This document shows, piece by piece, positions 22,001-31,543 of a DNA stretch of 44,464 bases. The notes beneath the pieces are model-generated. The model was not told where the DNA came from. It made no database searches and was given only the letters and a program-made list of their open reading frames with translations. The stretch lies in the IMG/VR virus record IMGVR_UViG_2061766007_004279; one strand, given 5' to 3'. The position numbers and the translations under genes were made by a program. The DNA comes from an uncultured virus (IMG/VR IMGVR_UViG_2061766007_004279) (taxonomy: Duplodnaviria; Heunggongvirae; Uroviricota; Caudoviricetes). Each line of letters begins with the position of its first letter. Position 1 is the stretch's first letter.

Positions 22001-24923
22001 GGCCACCCAGAGCTTCGACAGCTTCCTCTCCAGGAAGGCAAACCGCCAGTGGCTGGNNNNNNNNNNNNNNNNNNNNNNNNNNNNNNNNNNNNNNACACCG
22101 TGCTTGACGGGGTGAACGAGGACGGGGCGAGCTATACCGACATCGAGCTCACGCCCATGATGAAGATCTCCCTCTTCCTGCACAGCCGGAACATGGACAA
22201 CCTGCGGCACATCCAGACCGGCGGCATCGTGATCCCCAACAAAGAACTTTATCTGCAGGGGAAGATGGCCGAGGCGTACGCCCAGGGGAAGCGGGTGAAG
22301 ATGAACCCGGAGACCGTGCGGAAGATCGCCGGGGAACTGACGGAGACGGAGAGGACCTTTGCCAACCACATGATCACCGTCTTCGACCAGATCTCCAAGG
22401 ACGCCATCAACGAGGTGAGCCTGCAGCTGGACGGCTTCGAGCGGGCCGGTGTGGAGAACTACATGCCCATCGAGACCGACCGGAACTTCCTCAAATCCGA
22501 CGTGGCAGGTGAGGCCAGGGCCCAGACCGTGGAGGGCATCGGGTCCATCGCCAACGAGCGGATCCACGCCTCCAACCCGGTCATGCTCTCCGACGCCAGC
22601 GACGTGCTGATGAGGCAGATCGACAAGGTGAGCCGGTATTACGGCTACGCCATCCCCATCCGGAACTTCCAGGCGGTGAACAACTACGTGTTCCACGAGG
22701 AAGGGGCGCCCTTCTCCACCTCCGTCAAGGAGATCATGAATAAAAAGTGGGGAGCGGGCGCCGAGCAGTACATCACCAAGATGCTGGAGGATCTGCAGAG
22801 CACCGGCCGGCGCGGGGACATGATGAGCTCCGCCCTGGCCAAGCTGCGGGGCAACCTGGCCGGCGCCACGCTGATGTTCAACCCGTCGGTGGCCGTCTCC
22901 CAGACCGCCTCCTATCCCGGCGCGGCACAGGCCGTGGGCTGGGACGGGCTGGCTCACGGCCTNNNNNNNNNNNNNNNNNNNNNNNNNNNNNNNNNNNNNN
23001 NNNNNNNNCAACCAGGGAAACAGCACCCAGGAACTGGGCGACTACATGAGCCAGAAGGGGCTGGCGCAGAAACTGCCGTGGATCCTCAACTGGATCCAGA
23101 AAATGGACAGCGCCACCATCCGCCGGCTGTGGGCCGCTTCGGAGTACCGGGTGAGCAAAGACAACCCGGGGCTGAAACCGGGCTCCCGGGCCGACATAGA
23201 CGCCGGGACGGACGCCTATTATCAGAAAGTGGCAGAGGTGTTCAACCGGGCGGTGTACGACACACAGCCCAACTACACCAATATGGAGCGGGCCCAGATC
23301 CTCCGGAGCAATTCGGACCTGACGAAGTTCCTGACCATGTACAAGACCGTGCCACTGCAGTATTACGGAATGATGGTGGAGGCCACCGGACGGCTGCAGG
23401 CCGCCGTGAAGAGCGGAGACCAGACCAAGATCGCGGAGGCCAGAAAGTACGCGGCCAATACCTTCGGCGGGCTGCTGGCGGCCAACACCGTGTACGTGGC
23501 GGTGAAGGCGCTGTTCAAGGGCCTGCGGAAGAAGGACAAGGACTACCGGGACGAGGAGGGCAACCTCACCGCCGGGAGCGTGGCGGCGCAACTGGGGAAG
23601 GATCTGGCGGAGACCTATGCCGGGTCCATCATCGGCGGCGCGGAGATGTACAGCGCGGCGGAGAGCCTGCTGACAGGGTCCAAGTTCTACGGGCCGGAGA
23701 TGTCTGCTCTCTCCTACGTGGAGGATATGGTGAACGCCGTCGGCAAGGTGACGGACGCCATCGGGGACGAGGATCCCAGAAAAGCGGCCGGGGCCATCAA
23801 GGACGCGGCGCTCTCTCTGGCCAAGGGCTTCGGCGTGCCGGCGGAGAACATGGAGACCTATCTCATGGCCGGGGTGCGCTGGCTGTTCCCAGACGTAGCC
23901 ATGGAGTACGACAACATGTTCGGCGGGATCCAGAGGGCCGACTTGAAGAGCATGGACACCCAGGCCGTGAGCACCGCCACGAACCTGATCCTGCAGAACC
24001 GGACGGGGTTGAAGATCGACCAGTCCGTGACCGACGAGCTGGCGCGGCTCTACTCCGCCGGGGAGCTGGCTGCCGTGCCGNNNNNNNNNNNNNNNNTACA
24101 ACGGGAAGACCGTGGAGATCGCCGACCGGGGCGCGTACAGCGACACCTGGGGCGCCGTGGTCGGGGACAACCTGGAGGAACTGGTGACGGCGGACGATTA
24201 CGTGAGCGCGGACGACGGGCAGCGGGCGGCGCTGGTGAACAAGCTGTACCAGTACGCCACCGTGGAGGCCAGGAGGGAAGCGGATCCGGAATACTCCGCC
24301 GACGGGAACAGCACCTACGGCTGGACCGTGAAGGCGGACGAGGCCGTNNNNNNNNNNNNNNNNNNNNNNNNNNNNNNNNNNNNGACGCTTTCGGCCACAT
24401 GACCGCCGACAAGGACGAGTTCGGCAACAGCATCAGCGGCTCCAAGAAAGCGAAGGTGTGCGACTACATCGACGCCATGGACATCACCGACGAGCAGAAG
24501 GATGTGATGTACTTCCTGGCGGGGTACAAGGAGAACAGCCTGGAGTATACACCCTGGCACGGGTACGAGGAGGACGGCGGATCCAGGAGCGGGTCCGGGT
24601 CATCCGGGAGCGGCAAGGGATCCGGGAAGAGCTCCGGGAAAAGCTCCGGCGGAAAGCGGTCCGGAGGCCGTGGCGGAAGCCGGAAGGCAGCGGCCAAGGA
24701 GAAGGCCGTGAAGGGATCCGGGAAGATCCAGCTGCCGAAGGTGAGCTCCGGGAGCGGAGGCGCCGGGAAGGTCCAGACGCCGAAGGGATCCGGGAAAGGC
24801 GCGGACGCCAGCCTGACGCTGATCGAGATCATCGACAAATACTACGGAGGGAACGCCCTGGCCGCCGCCATGGACGGCGGTGCGAGGGCCAGAGGCAGGA
24901 CCGAAGTGGACTTTGAGCTGTAA
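16062..24923 (+). CDS. Giant polyvalent/internal virion protein (~2,900 aa across gaps) with RelA/SpoT-like and LPD3-like domains
   Basis: Successive + frames (16062, 16684, 17381, 21423, 22095, 23046) are broken only at N gaps. Includes A/G-rich helices (GAISGAAEYVTEKI, EGGEEV), a low-GC insert at 18540-19940, and a G/S/K-rich C-terminus. Confidence 0.7.
20118..20167 (+). repeat. Family-1 repeat, in frame in the giant protein
   Basis: Encodes TSSAEQSSAPSPQGEG; followed by a partial duplicate (CAAGGGGAAGGC). Confidence 0.9.
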
Positions 24924-24933
24924 AGAAAAAAGG

Positions 24934-24968
24934 AAAGCTCCCGCAGTTGATCACTGCGGGAGCTTTTT
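24934..24968. terminator. Bidirectional intrinsic terminator
   Basis: AAAGCTCCCGCAGT-tgatc-ACTGCGGGAGCTTT with A- and T-tracts, between convergent genes. Confidence 0.85.
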
Positions 24969-26548
24969 CGTGATGGCGAACACGTTTCGGAGGAAGAAAA
25001 GCTCCGTGATGTTCGTACGCTCATCAAGTGGCACACCTTGAAGGGAAGCATACGAACCGGGGGAGTCGTCGGAGAAGGACGAGGAGCCGGTTTCGATGTC
25101 CTGCAAGGTGACGCGGCGGGTGTCGCCGCTGTAGTTGAACGTCATGGTGATCTTGTCGTCCCAGAGGTAGATGCTGTTCACGAACGTTTCCACCAGACGC
25201 CGGCGGGCGTCCGGATCCTCCGGGTCCAGATCCCGGAGCCGGAGGAGGAAATAGAGGATCATGTCCCGGGTGATGGGGACGTCGGAGCTCAGCCGGGCCG
25301 CGGCCAGGGTGTCCTTCAGCTCCAGACGCTGGGCCTCCAGGTCGTTCATCCGGTCCGTGAGGGTGGGGCTGAGCATGCCTGCCTCCACCGCCTGGACGAT
25401 GTTCCGGATCCCCTTCTCCACCTCCGAGAGCTGGCGGCGCAGGCCGTCCTCGTAGGAGGTGTCCTTCTGGCCCTCGTACAGGGCGAAGGCGTTGTCCGCA
25501 ATGCGATCCAGGAGCTCGTCGTCCAGCAGGATCCGGCGGATCTGGTCCATGACCTGCTGCTCGATCCACTCTTTCCGGACGGGCTTCTTTTTGCACTCCC
25601 GGCGGCGGTGGCCCATGCAGTCGTAATAGTGATATACAGTTCCCCGGCGGCTCNNNNNNNNNNNNNNNNNNNNNNNGACTCGCAGTGGCCGCAGAACAGT
25701 TTTCCGGTGAGCAGGTATTCCACCTTCGTCCACTCCTTTTTCGGCGCGCGGCGGTTGCGCACCAGCATTTCCTGAACGCTGTCAAAGACCGTACGCTCCA
25801 CGATCGCGGGGACGGTGCCCATGACCTCGCCCTTGATGGCGTACTCCCCGATGTACTTCCGGTTCTTCAGCATGGCCGTGACCTTGTTGATGGTGAACTC
25901 CGAGCCGTTGGAACAGCGGAGACCGGCGGCGTTCAGGGCTTCGACGATCTCCTTCATGGGCTTTCCGCCGGCGTACTCCCGGAAGATCCGCTGGACAACG
26001 GCGGCCTGGCCGGGGTCCGCTGCGATCTGCTTCTCCGCGTTGGTGACGTACCCGTAGGGGAGCGGGCCGATGAGCTTGCCCTTTTTCACGCTCTCCCGCA
26101 GGCCGCGGCGGACGTTGGTGGACAGCTGCAGCGAGTAATACTCCGCCATGGCCTCCAGGGTGGCCTCCAGGATCACGCCCTCGGGGGTGTCCGGGATCTG
26201 CTCGGCCACGTAGTGGATGGTGACGCCGTTCTTCCGGAGGGTGTGCTTGTTCACCGCCAGCTCGTAGCGGTCGCGCCCGATCCGGTCGTTCTTCCAGGTG
26301 ATCAGCTGCGTCCATTCGCCCTTCGCGCTGTCCCGGAGCATCTTCTGGAACTGCTCCCGGTCGTCGGAGCGGCCGGAGATCCGGCGGTCGATGTACTCCC
26401 GTAGGATGGTCATGCCGTGGTCCGCGGCGTACTTCCGGGCAGCGGAAAGCTGGCCCTCGATGCTCTGGTCGGTCTGGTGGGACCCGTCCGAGTACCGGGC
26501 ATAGACGGCGGCGTATACGGTATTCGGTTGGAGGTTGAGTTCGTTCAT
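24951..26548 (-). CDS. Large serine recombinase (integrase)
   Basis: AVYARYS..QTDQSIEGQL, DREQFQKML, DRIGR, PYGY, MLKNRKYIG, PAIV, YLLTGKLFCGHC zinc ribbon and a coiled coil. The frame breaks at gap 25654-25676. Confidence 0.93.
25011..25057. other. Candidate attP within the integrase 3' end
   Basis: GTTCGTA...TACGAAC inverted ends 47 bp apart around CAAGTGGCACACCTTG. Confidence 0.5.
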
Positions 26549-26602
26549 GGCGTAAGGGGCCCCGGGAGGGGTGGAGATGATGATTATTTTTTCAAGAGGT
26601 AG

Positions 26603-26650
26603 TTGACATGTCGTAAAGATAGGCGTATTGTGTAACTAACAGTTAGTTAC
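26603..26650 (+). promoter_or_regulatory. hicAB promoter and palindromic operator
   Basis: TTGACA (26603)-17 bp-TATTGT (26626), then a perfect palindrome GTAACTAAC-A-GTTAGTTAC (26632-26650). Confidence 0.85.
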
Positions 26651-26669
26651 GGGGCGGTGGTGTGCCAGA

Positions 26670-26936
26670 ATGGGAAAGAAAGAAGATAAGCAGATAGCCA
26701 GGATAAAGAGTATTCCTGCGGACTATACTTTTAGTGAATTGAAGTCGATCCTCGGAAGATTCGGATATGACCAAAAGAACAGGGGGAAAACGTCAGGGTC
26801 TGGGGTTGCTTTTTACAGGGAGTCAGACGGGAAGACAATCATGTTGCATTCACCGCATCCGAAAAACACAATAGGGCGTGCAACATTGAGAGAAATTGTT
26901 AAGAAACTGCAGGAGAACGGAGACATAGAGGAGTAA
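26670..26936 (+). CDS. hicA: HicA-family toxin
   Basis: 88 aa; PADYTFSELKSILGRFGY..GKTSGS..IMLHSPHP. Confidence 0.88.
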   Translation: MGKKEDKQIARIKSIPADYTFSELKSILGRFGYDQKNRGKTSGSGVAFYRESDGKTIMLHSPHPKNTIGRATLREIVKKLQENGDIEE

Positions 26937-26974
26937 AACAAATTCTACGTGTGAGTCAGAAAAGGTGAACGAAA

Positions 26975-27421
26975 ATGAACAACATCATCGAATACAAAGG
27001 GTATCATTCAAAAGTCGAATACAGCGCAGAGGATAATATCCTTTTTGGGAAAATTGAAGGGATAAATGATTTGATCACATTCGAGTGCGAAACTGCGGCG
27101 GAAGTCGAAACGGCTTTTCATGAAGCCGTTGACGATTATCTTGCCTTCTGCGAAGAGGTCGGAAAACAGCCGGACAAGGAATACAAGGGAGTATTCCAGG
27201 TCCGGGTGGATCCTGAGCTTCACAAGAGAGCAGCCATCGAAGCACTTAAGCGGGGGGAGACTCTAAATGCTTTTGTAGCAGAGGCGGTGCAGGATAAAGT
27301 AGAAGGGAAAGCCAAAAATGAGATCCATCTACATCTTCCGGAAACAAAGCGTGATGAATATATCCTCGGACGAACAATGAGTTGGAAAAATACTGGGAGG
27401 CTGCAGCATGCAAGAAGCTAA
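26975..27421 (+). CDS. hicB: HicB-family antitoxin with a C-terminal extension
   Basis: EYKGY..EYSAEDNILFGKIEGINDLITF..FHEAVDDYL..YKGVFQVRVDPELH (RHH domain), followed by about 38 extra residues. Confidence 0.92.
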   Translation: MNNIIEYKGYHSKVEYSAEDNILFGKIEGINDLITFECETAAEVETAFHEAVDDYLAFCEEVGKQPDKEYKGVFQVRVDPELHKRAAIEALKRGETLNAFVAEAVQDKVEGKAKNEIHLHLPETKRDEYILGRTMSWKNTGRLQHARS

Positions 27422-27763
27422 ACTGGTATCAAAGAATATCACGGATTTCTGGATGCGCATGAAGCCGGATTTGCAGCAGATTCCAATCAATGTGGAGTTG
27501 AGCGTAGGGTTTGGACTCCCCAAAGACGGATCAACTTCCGCAGGAATGATGAATGTGCGGATTGAGGTCAAGGCGGAAAAACCGGAAGACTACCATGTGC
27601 TTTTTATCGAGTTCCTGGAATACAGATTCATCGAATCTCAGGACGATATTCAGAAGGCGCTGGAAGAAACGTTCAATGAACTGTCGGTTCAGGAGGTATC
27701 TGATGACCTGGACAAGGCGATGGAGGCGATAGGAAANNNNNNNNNNNNNNNNNNNNNNNNNNN
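27408..27763 (+). CDS. Putative SecB-like chaperone (stop probably in gap 27737-27763)
   Basis: Overlaps the hicB stop; RBS GGGAGG. About 115 aa, acidic, with four beta-strand-like segments then helices ending AMEAIG. Confidence 0.55.
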
Positions 27764-27787
27764 GCCCCGGGGAGCCGGGGCTTTTTT
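27764..27787 (+). terminator. Intrinsic terminator of the hicA-hicB-orf3 operon
   Basis: GCCCCGG-ggag-CCGGGGC-TTTTTT. Confidence 0.8.
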
Positions 27788-27992
27788 ATTTGGGGAGAGA
27801 CGCGGGAGGGGAAAGCCCCTCCCGTTCATATTCACGGAAAGAGGATATGATGCGGACGGCTTCGTCCAGGTCGGCGGCGGTGGCGGCGTCGTTGACCGAA
27901 AAGAGCACCGGAGGNNNNNNNNNNTGAGGCCGCGCGCGTGACCACCGCCTCCGGCATCGCCATGCTGCGCTCCGACGCGCAGNNNNNNNNNN

Positions 27993-28687
27993 TCGGCATC
28001 GGAACGCTCCCGGTTGAGGGCGAAGAGGTAGACGGTGCCGAAGGGATCCGTGCAGACCTGCTTCACCAGGAAGCCGCCGTCGAGCCAGAAGGCGCCGATC
28101 TCCCCGTCCCGGGGGAGACGCTTGACGCCCAGGGCCACGCTGCCGTCCGGGAGCCAGGGCTCCATGGAGTCGCCGTTCACATGGATGGCAAACTCCGCCC
28201 GGAGATCCGTGGTGCGGTAGTCGCCGCAGAAGAGATCGCCGGGGGACTCGGGAGAGCCGGCAGCGAAGGCGGCACCGAAGAGGGGCACGATCTTCGCCGG
28301 CGCGCCGGGGCGGGGCTTCTCCTTGGCCTTGTACTGCTCCTGCTCGCCCAGGTACCGGCCGTAGGAGCAGAGCTCCGTCTGGCCGGCGTGGTTCAGGGCG
28401 TCATAGATCTGGTCGATCTCCCGGACCGGGAAGGGGATCACTTCCGCCGCCGGAGCGGGGGCGGATGCTTCCATCACATCTGTTTTTCCGATAAGCCAGA
28501 CAGGGCTGACAGACAGAACACGGGCAATACTTTCAATCACCGGGAGCTTGGGGTTTTCGTATTCGTCTTTTTCATACCGCTGGATGGTGGACTTGTGTAC
28601 GCCGACAGCCTGCGCGATGCTGTCCAGAGTCATACCGCGCAGGTGACGGGCGTATGCGATGCGTTCACCGAGAGTTTTCAAAGACAT
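27993..28687 (-). CDS. CI-like repressor, XRE HTH plus S24 peptidase (3' end in gap)
   Basis: LGERIAYARHLRGMTLDSIAQAVGVHKSTIQRYE; AAG cleavage-site motif; VNGDSMEP; FLVKQ. Confidence 0.9.
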
Positions 28688-28718
28688 GACATAAATCCCC
28701 TTTTATCAGAGTAAGTAT

Positions 28719-28832
28719 ACTATACTATAAAAATTTGCGAAGCGCAACTATTTTTCAGAAAAAAGTTGCGAAATGCTATTGACAAGGAAATGAGGCGGTG
28801 ATATAGTCAAGATGAAAGTTGCGTGAAGCAAC
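28719..28832. promoter_or_regulatory. Lysis/lysogeny switch: divergent promoters and operators
   Basis: Rightward TTGACA (28779)-17 bp-TATAGT (28802). Leftward TTGCGC-17 bp-TATAGT (28747 to 28719). GTTGCG-N4-GCAAC-like sites at 28734, 28765 and 28818. Confidence 0.8.
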
Positions 28833-28851
28833 AACCGAGGAGGTGAAAAAC

Positions 28852-29058
28852 GTGGTCAACACACAGAAGCTGATCGGGCGGATGAAGGAACTCGGCGTAT
28901 CACAAAAGGAATTAGCAGATATATGCGGCGTGAAGCGGCCCACCATCAACCAGAAACTGCATGGTGTTCGGTCGATCTCGCTGAATGAAGCGCAGATCAT
29001 TCAGAGGACATTACATATCCCGGAGAATGAGTTCGGCGCTTATTTTTTTGACGCGTAG
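28852..29058 (+). CDS. Cro-like HTH regulator
   Basis: GTG after GAGGAGG; LIGRMKELGVSQKELADICGVKRPTINQKLHG; divergent from cI. Confidence 0.88.
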   Translation: MVNTQKLIGRMKELGVSQKELADICGVKRPTINQKLHGVRSISLNEAQIIQRTLHIPENEFGAYFFDA

Positions 29059-29152
29059 TTGCGTAGAGCAACCGTTTCTCCCCTATAGTGGAGAAAGAAG
29101 ATTTTGTCCTTGACAAAATCAAAGGAGACTGCAGACGGAAGGAGGGGAGGAT

Positions 29153-29290
29153 ATGAAGGATCCGGCGAAGGATCCCGTGTTTCTGTGGTGGGTCGTGGAC
29201 CAGGTGAAGATCCTGGCGCGGGATCCGCAGTTCCAGAAGGATTTTCAGGAATGGCAGAGAAAGAGGGCTGAGGAGGCCGGGAGGGCGTGA
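29153..29290 (+). CDS. Small hypothetical protein (45 aa)
   Basis: Strong RBS GGGAGG; MKDPAKDPVFLWWVV..DPQFQKDFQEWQRKR. Confidence 0.55.
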   Translation: MKDPAKDPVFLWWVVDQVKILARDPQFQKDFQEWQRKRAEEAGRA

Positions 29291-29305
29291 GCACTCACCG
29301 GGAAA

Positions 29306-29344
29306 GATCCCTCACCAGTTTGAGAACTGGTTCGGGATGACAGA
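29306..29344 (+). repeat. Family-2 hairpin repeat
   Basis: GATCCCTC-accagtt-tgag-aactggt-TCGGGATGACAGA. Confidence 0.85.
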
Positions 29345-29361
29345 AGGAAGGAGGAAACGAA

Positions 29362-29730
29362 ATGACCGGAACATGCTTTTTGTGCGGCAATTACGAGACG
29401 GTGGAGGTCCACCACATCTTCGGCGGGCCGTTCCGGACGAAGGCGGACAAGCTGGGGCTGACGGTGCAGCTGTGCCCCTGGTGCCACCAGTACGACGCCG
29501 ACAGCGCCCACAAGAGCGCCGAGACCCGGAAGATCCTGCACAAGTACGGCCAGCGCAAGGCCATGAAGGAGCAGGGCTGGGACGCGGACACCTTCATCGC
29601 GGAGTTCGGGCGGAACTACCTGGACGAGGAGGAGCTGGACGAGAACGGGTTCCTGGCGGAGCCGGAGAGCGTGGGGGACAACAGCGGGGAGTTCCGGCTG
29701 GTCCAGGAACAGGCGGTGCTGCCGTGGTGA
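29362..29730 (+). CDS. Zn-binding HNH-like protein
   Basis: CFLCG..EVHHIFGG..LCPWCH..FGRNYL. Confidence 0.75.
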   Translation: MTGTCFLCGNYETVEVHHIFGGPFRTKADKLGLTVQLCPWCHQYDADSAHKSAETRKILHKYGQRKAMKEQGWDADTFIAEFGRNYLDEEELDENGFLAEPESVGDNSGEFRLVQEQAVLPW

Positions 29731-29840
29731 CGTCCTCACAAGCTCCGTATCGTTCGCCCAGACCGCACGCGGCAGGGCTCATTCACTCCGCTGCTCGTCC
29801 TTTCCAAAACGCACCCGCTGCGCTGGGCTGCGTTTTGGGG
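29731..29840 (+). repeat. Family-4 element (~110 bp), copy 1
   Basis: Reverse-complement homolog of 30983-31094. Confidence 0.8.
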
Positions 29841-29856
29841 AATAGGGGGAAACGAG

Positions 29857-30371
29857 ATGGTAAGTAGGAAGATCTGCCGGAGGTGCCGGTACGACAGGCG
29901 GTCCGGGGCGCTGGCGCCGCACTGCGGGTACATGACGGACACCGGGCGGTCGCGGATCGCGCAGATGACGAAGGAGCAGATCCGGAGCGGGGAGTGCCCG
30001 TTCTTCGAGGCGGGCAAGGCAAAGAGGACCATCGTGCGGCCGTTCATCATCTCGCCGGATCCCCTGGCCCGGNNNNNNNNNNNNNNNNNNNNNNGGAGTA
30101 CGACAAGGGCAAGACCGACCGGGAGATCGCGGAGGCGCTGGGCTGCGCCAAGGACACCGTACGGCTCTGGAGGAAGCGGAAGGAGCTGCCGCCCAACGGG
30201 ATGAGCCCCAAACGGCGGATCGACTACGGGAAGGTGAGGGCCCTCTACATGGAGGGACTGAGCGACCGGAAGATCGCCGCGGAGCTGGGGTGCTCCTCCG
30301 GGAGGATCCTGGACTGGAGAAGGGCGGAGGGGCTGCCGGCCAACTATCCGCCGGGAAAGAAGAAGGAATAA
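29857..30371 (+). CDS. Cys-rich N-terminus plus tandem HTH protein (gapped)
   Basis: CRRCRY..CGY..CPF; YDKGKTDREIAEALGC and YMEGLSDRKIAAELGC. Confidence 0.7.
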
Positions 30372-30410
30372 GATCCCTCACCGGTGTGAGCACCGGTTCG
30401 GGATGACAGA
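30372..30410 (+). repeat. Family-2 hairpin repeat
   Basis: GATCCCTC-accggtg-tgag-caccggt-TCGGGATGACAGA. Confidence 0.85.
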
Positions 30411-30430
30411 AAAAACGGAGGTGTAAACAA

Positions 30431-30739
30431 GTGATACCCAAGGAGTGCAAGTGCAAGTACTGCGGGGCGAGGATCCTGTGGATCACGAGCCCGGAGGGGA
30501 GACGGATCCCCATCGAGAGCCGCTGGACGCCTTACAAGGACCGGCGCTTCGACGGCTCCACCACCGCGCCGGCGCTGTGGCTGNNNNNNNNNNNNNNNNN
30601 NNNNNNNNNNNNNNNNNNNGATCGGGAGGACGAGGCGGAGGGCTACGCTCACATGGGGCACGTGTGCCCGGCAGGGTACCGGCCCAGAAAGAAGAGACCG
30701 CTGACAAGGCGGGAAATGTATCGGGAGGAATGGAAATGA
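30431..30739 (+). CDS. Small Zn-binding phage protein
   Basis: CKYCGARILWITSPEGRRIPIE..GYAHMGHVCP; RBS GGAGG. Confidence 0.65.
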   Translation: MIPKECKCKYCGARILWITSPEGRRIPIESRWTPYKDRRFDGSTTAPALWLXXXXXXXXXXXXDREDEAEGYAHMGHVCPAGYRPRKKRPLTRREMYREEWK

Positions 30740-30978
30740 ACAAGACCAAGGCGTGGTTCGTGGCGGCGGTGATCGGGGCGCTGCTGGGCGCTGTGATCTG
30801 GCTCATGTGGAGCTACGCGATCCGGAGCTTTTCCATCGTGAGCATGATCTTCGCGGCGTACGGCTTTGTCGTATTCATCGTCAACCTGGGGAAATGGCTG
30901 GAGAAGGAGCCGCCCCGCCGGGAGCATTACCGGGAGGAGAGGGACGAGGAAGACGCGGAACTCTGGGAGCAGGTATAA
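30736..30978 (+). CDS. Small membrane protein with two transmembrane segments
   Basis: ATGA overlap with the upstream gene; two hydrophobic segments. Confidence 0.65.
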   Translation: MNKTKAWFVAAVIGALLGAVIWLMWSYAIRSFSIVSMIFAAYGFVVFIVNLGKWLEKEPPRREHYREERDEEDAELWEQV

Positions 30979-30982
30979 CTCC

Positions 30983-31094
30983 GGGGTCCCCGTGAAAGCC
31001 CAGCGAAGCGGGTTTCATGGGGAGAGGACGAGCAGCGGAGGGAATGAGCTTTCGAGCTTGCGAGGAAGAGAACGATCCGGAGCTTGTGAGGACG
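30983..31094 (-). repeat. Family-4 element, copy 2 (inverted)
   Basis: Reverse complement reads CGTCCTCACAAGCTCCGGATCGTTC...GCTCATTCCCTCCGCTGCTCGTCCT...ACCCGCTTCGCTGGGCT. Confidence 0.8.
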
Positions 31095-31211
31095 AAAAGC
31101 CGCTGCCGGATGGCGGTCCGACAGCGGCGGCACAAAGGAACCATGAACAAAAGAGCCCCTATGCGGATTTATTATACCGCGCGGGGCTCCAAAATGCAAG
31201 GAGGATATCCC

Positions 31212-31543
31212 ATGACGGTATTTGAAAAGATCGAGGCGATGCAGGCAAAGGAGAACGGCCGCACGGACGCCTGGATGGTGGGCGAGCAGCTGAAGGACAT
31301 CTGCCGCATGGAGCCCCGGAGCGCGGAGCTGATCGACAAAGATCTGGATGTGAAGGAAATGTCCATCAGAGCGGCGGCTGNNNNNNNNNNNNNNNNNNNN
31401 NNNNNNNNNNNNNNNNNNNNNNNNNNNNNNGGATCCTGCGGGAGTTCTACGGGCTGAACACCTCATCCGCCCCCGGCGGGGCACCTTCCCCTCGAGGGGA
31501 AGGCATGAGCGGGAAAATCGTGAGCTTGGAGGACTTCCTGTGA
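31212..31543 (+). CDS. Conserved phage protein upstream of pcfJ, with an in-frame family-1 repeat (31458-31504)
   Basis: RBS GGAGG; WMVGEQLKDIC..ILREFYGL-NTSSAPGGAPSPRGEG-MSGKIVSLEDFL*. Confidence 0.7.

Noticed and set aside
535..24170. Long minus-strand ORFs opposite the structural genes
   Set aside because: Shadow ORFs typical of high-GC3 coding DNA, with no recognisable motifs.
24570..24800. TCCGGG-rich repeats
   Set aside because: They simply encode a Gly/Ser/Lys low-complexity tail.
16062..24923. Programmed frameshifts or pseudogenes in the giant gene, integrase, TerL and PcfJ
   Set aside because: The frame changes coincide with N gaps of estimated length.
16062..24923. Giant ORF as a tape-measure protein
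   Set aside because: No tail tube or tail chaperone genes are recognisable. The context and enzymatic inserts fit an ejection/polyvalent protein.
27786..27914. 3' end of a minus-strand ORF (PPVLFSVNDAATAADLDEAVRIISSFREYEREGLSPPASLPK*)
   Set aside because: Possibly real, but truncated by gaps and too short to assign.
27926..27982. Portal fragment inside the cI region as a possible DGR template or insertion
   Set aside because: It nearly matches 2040-2096, is flanked by about 10-N joins, and no reverse transcriptase is seen. Scaffolding artefact.
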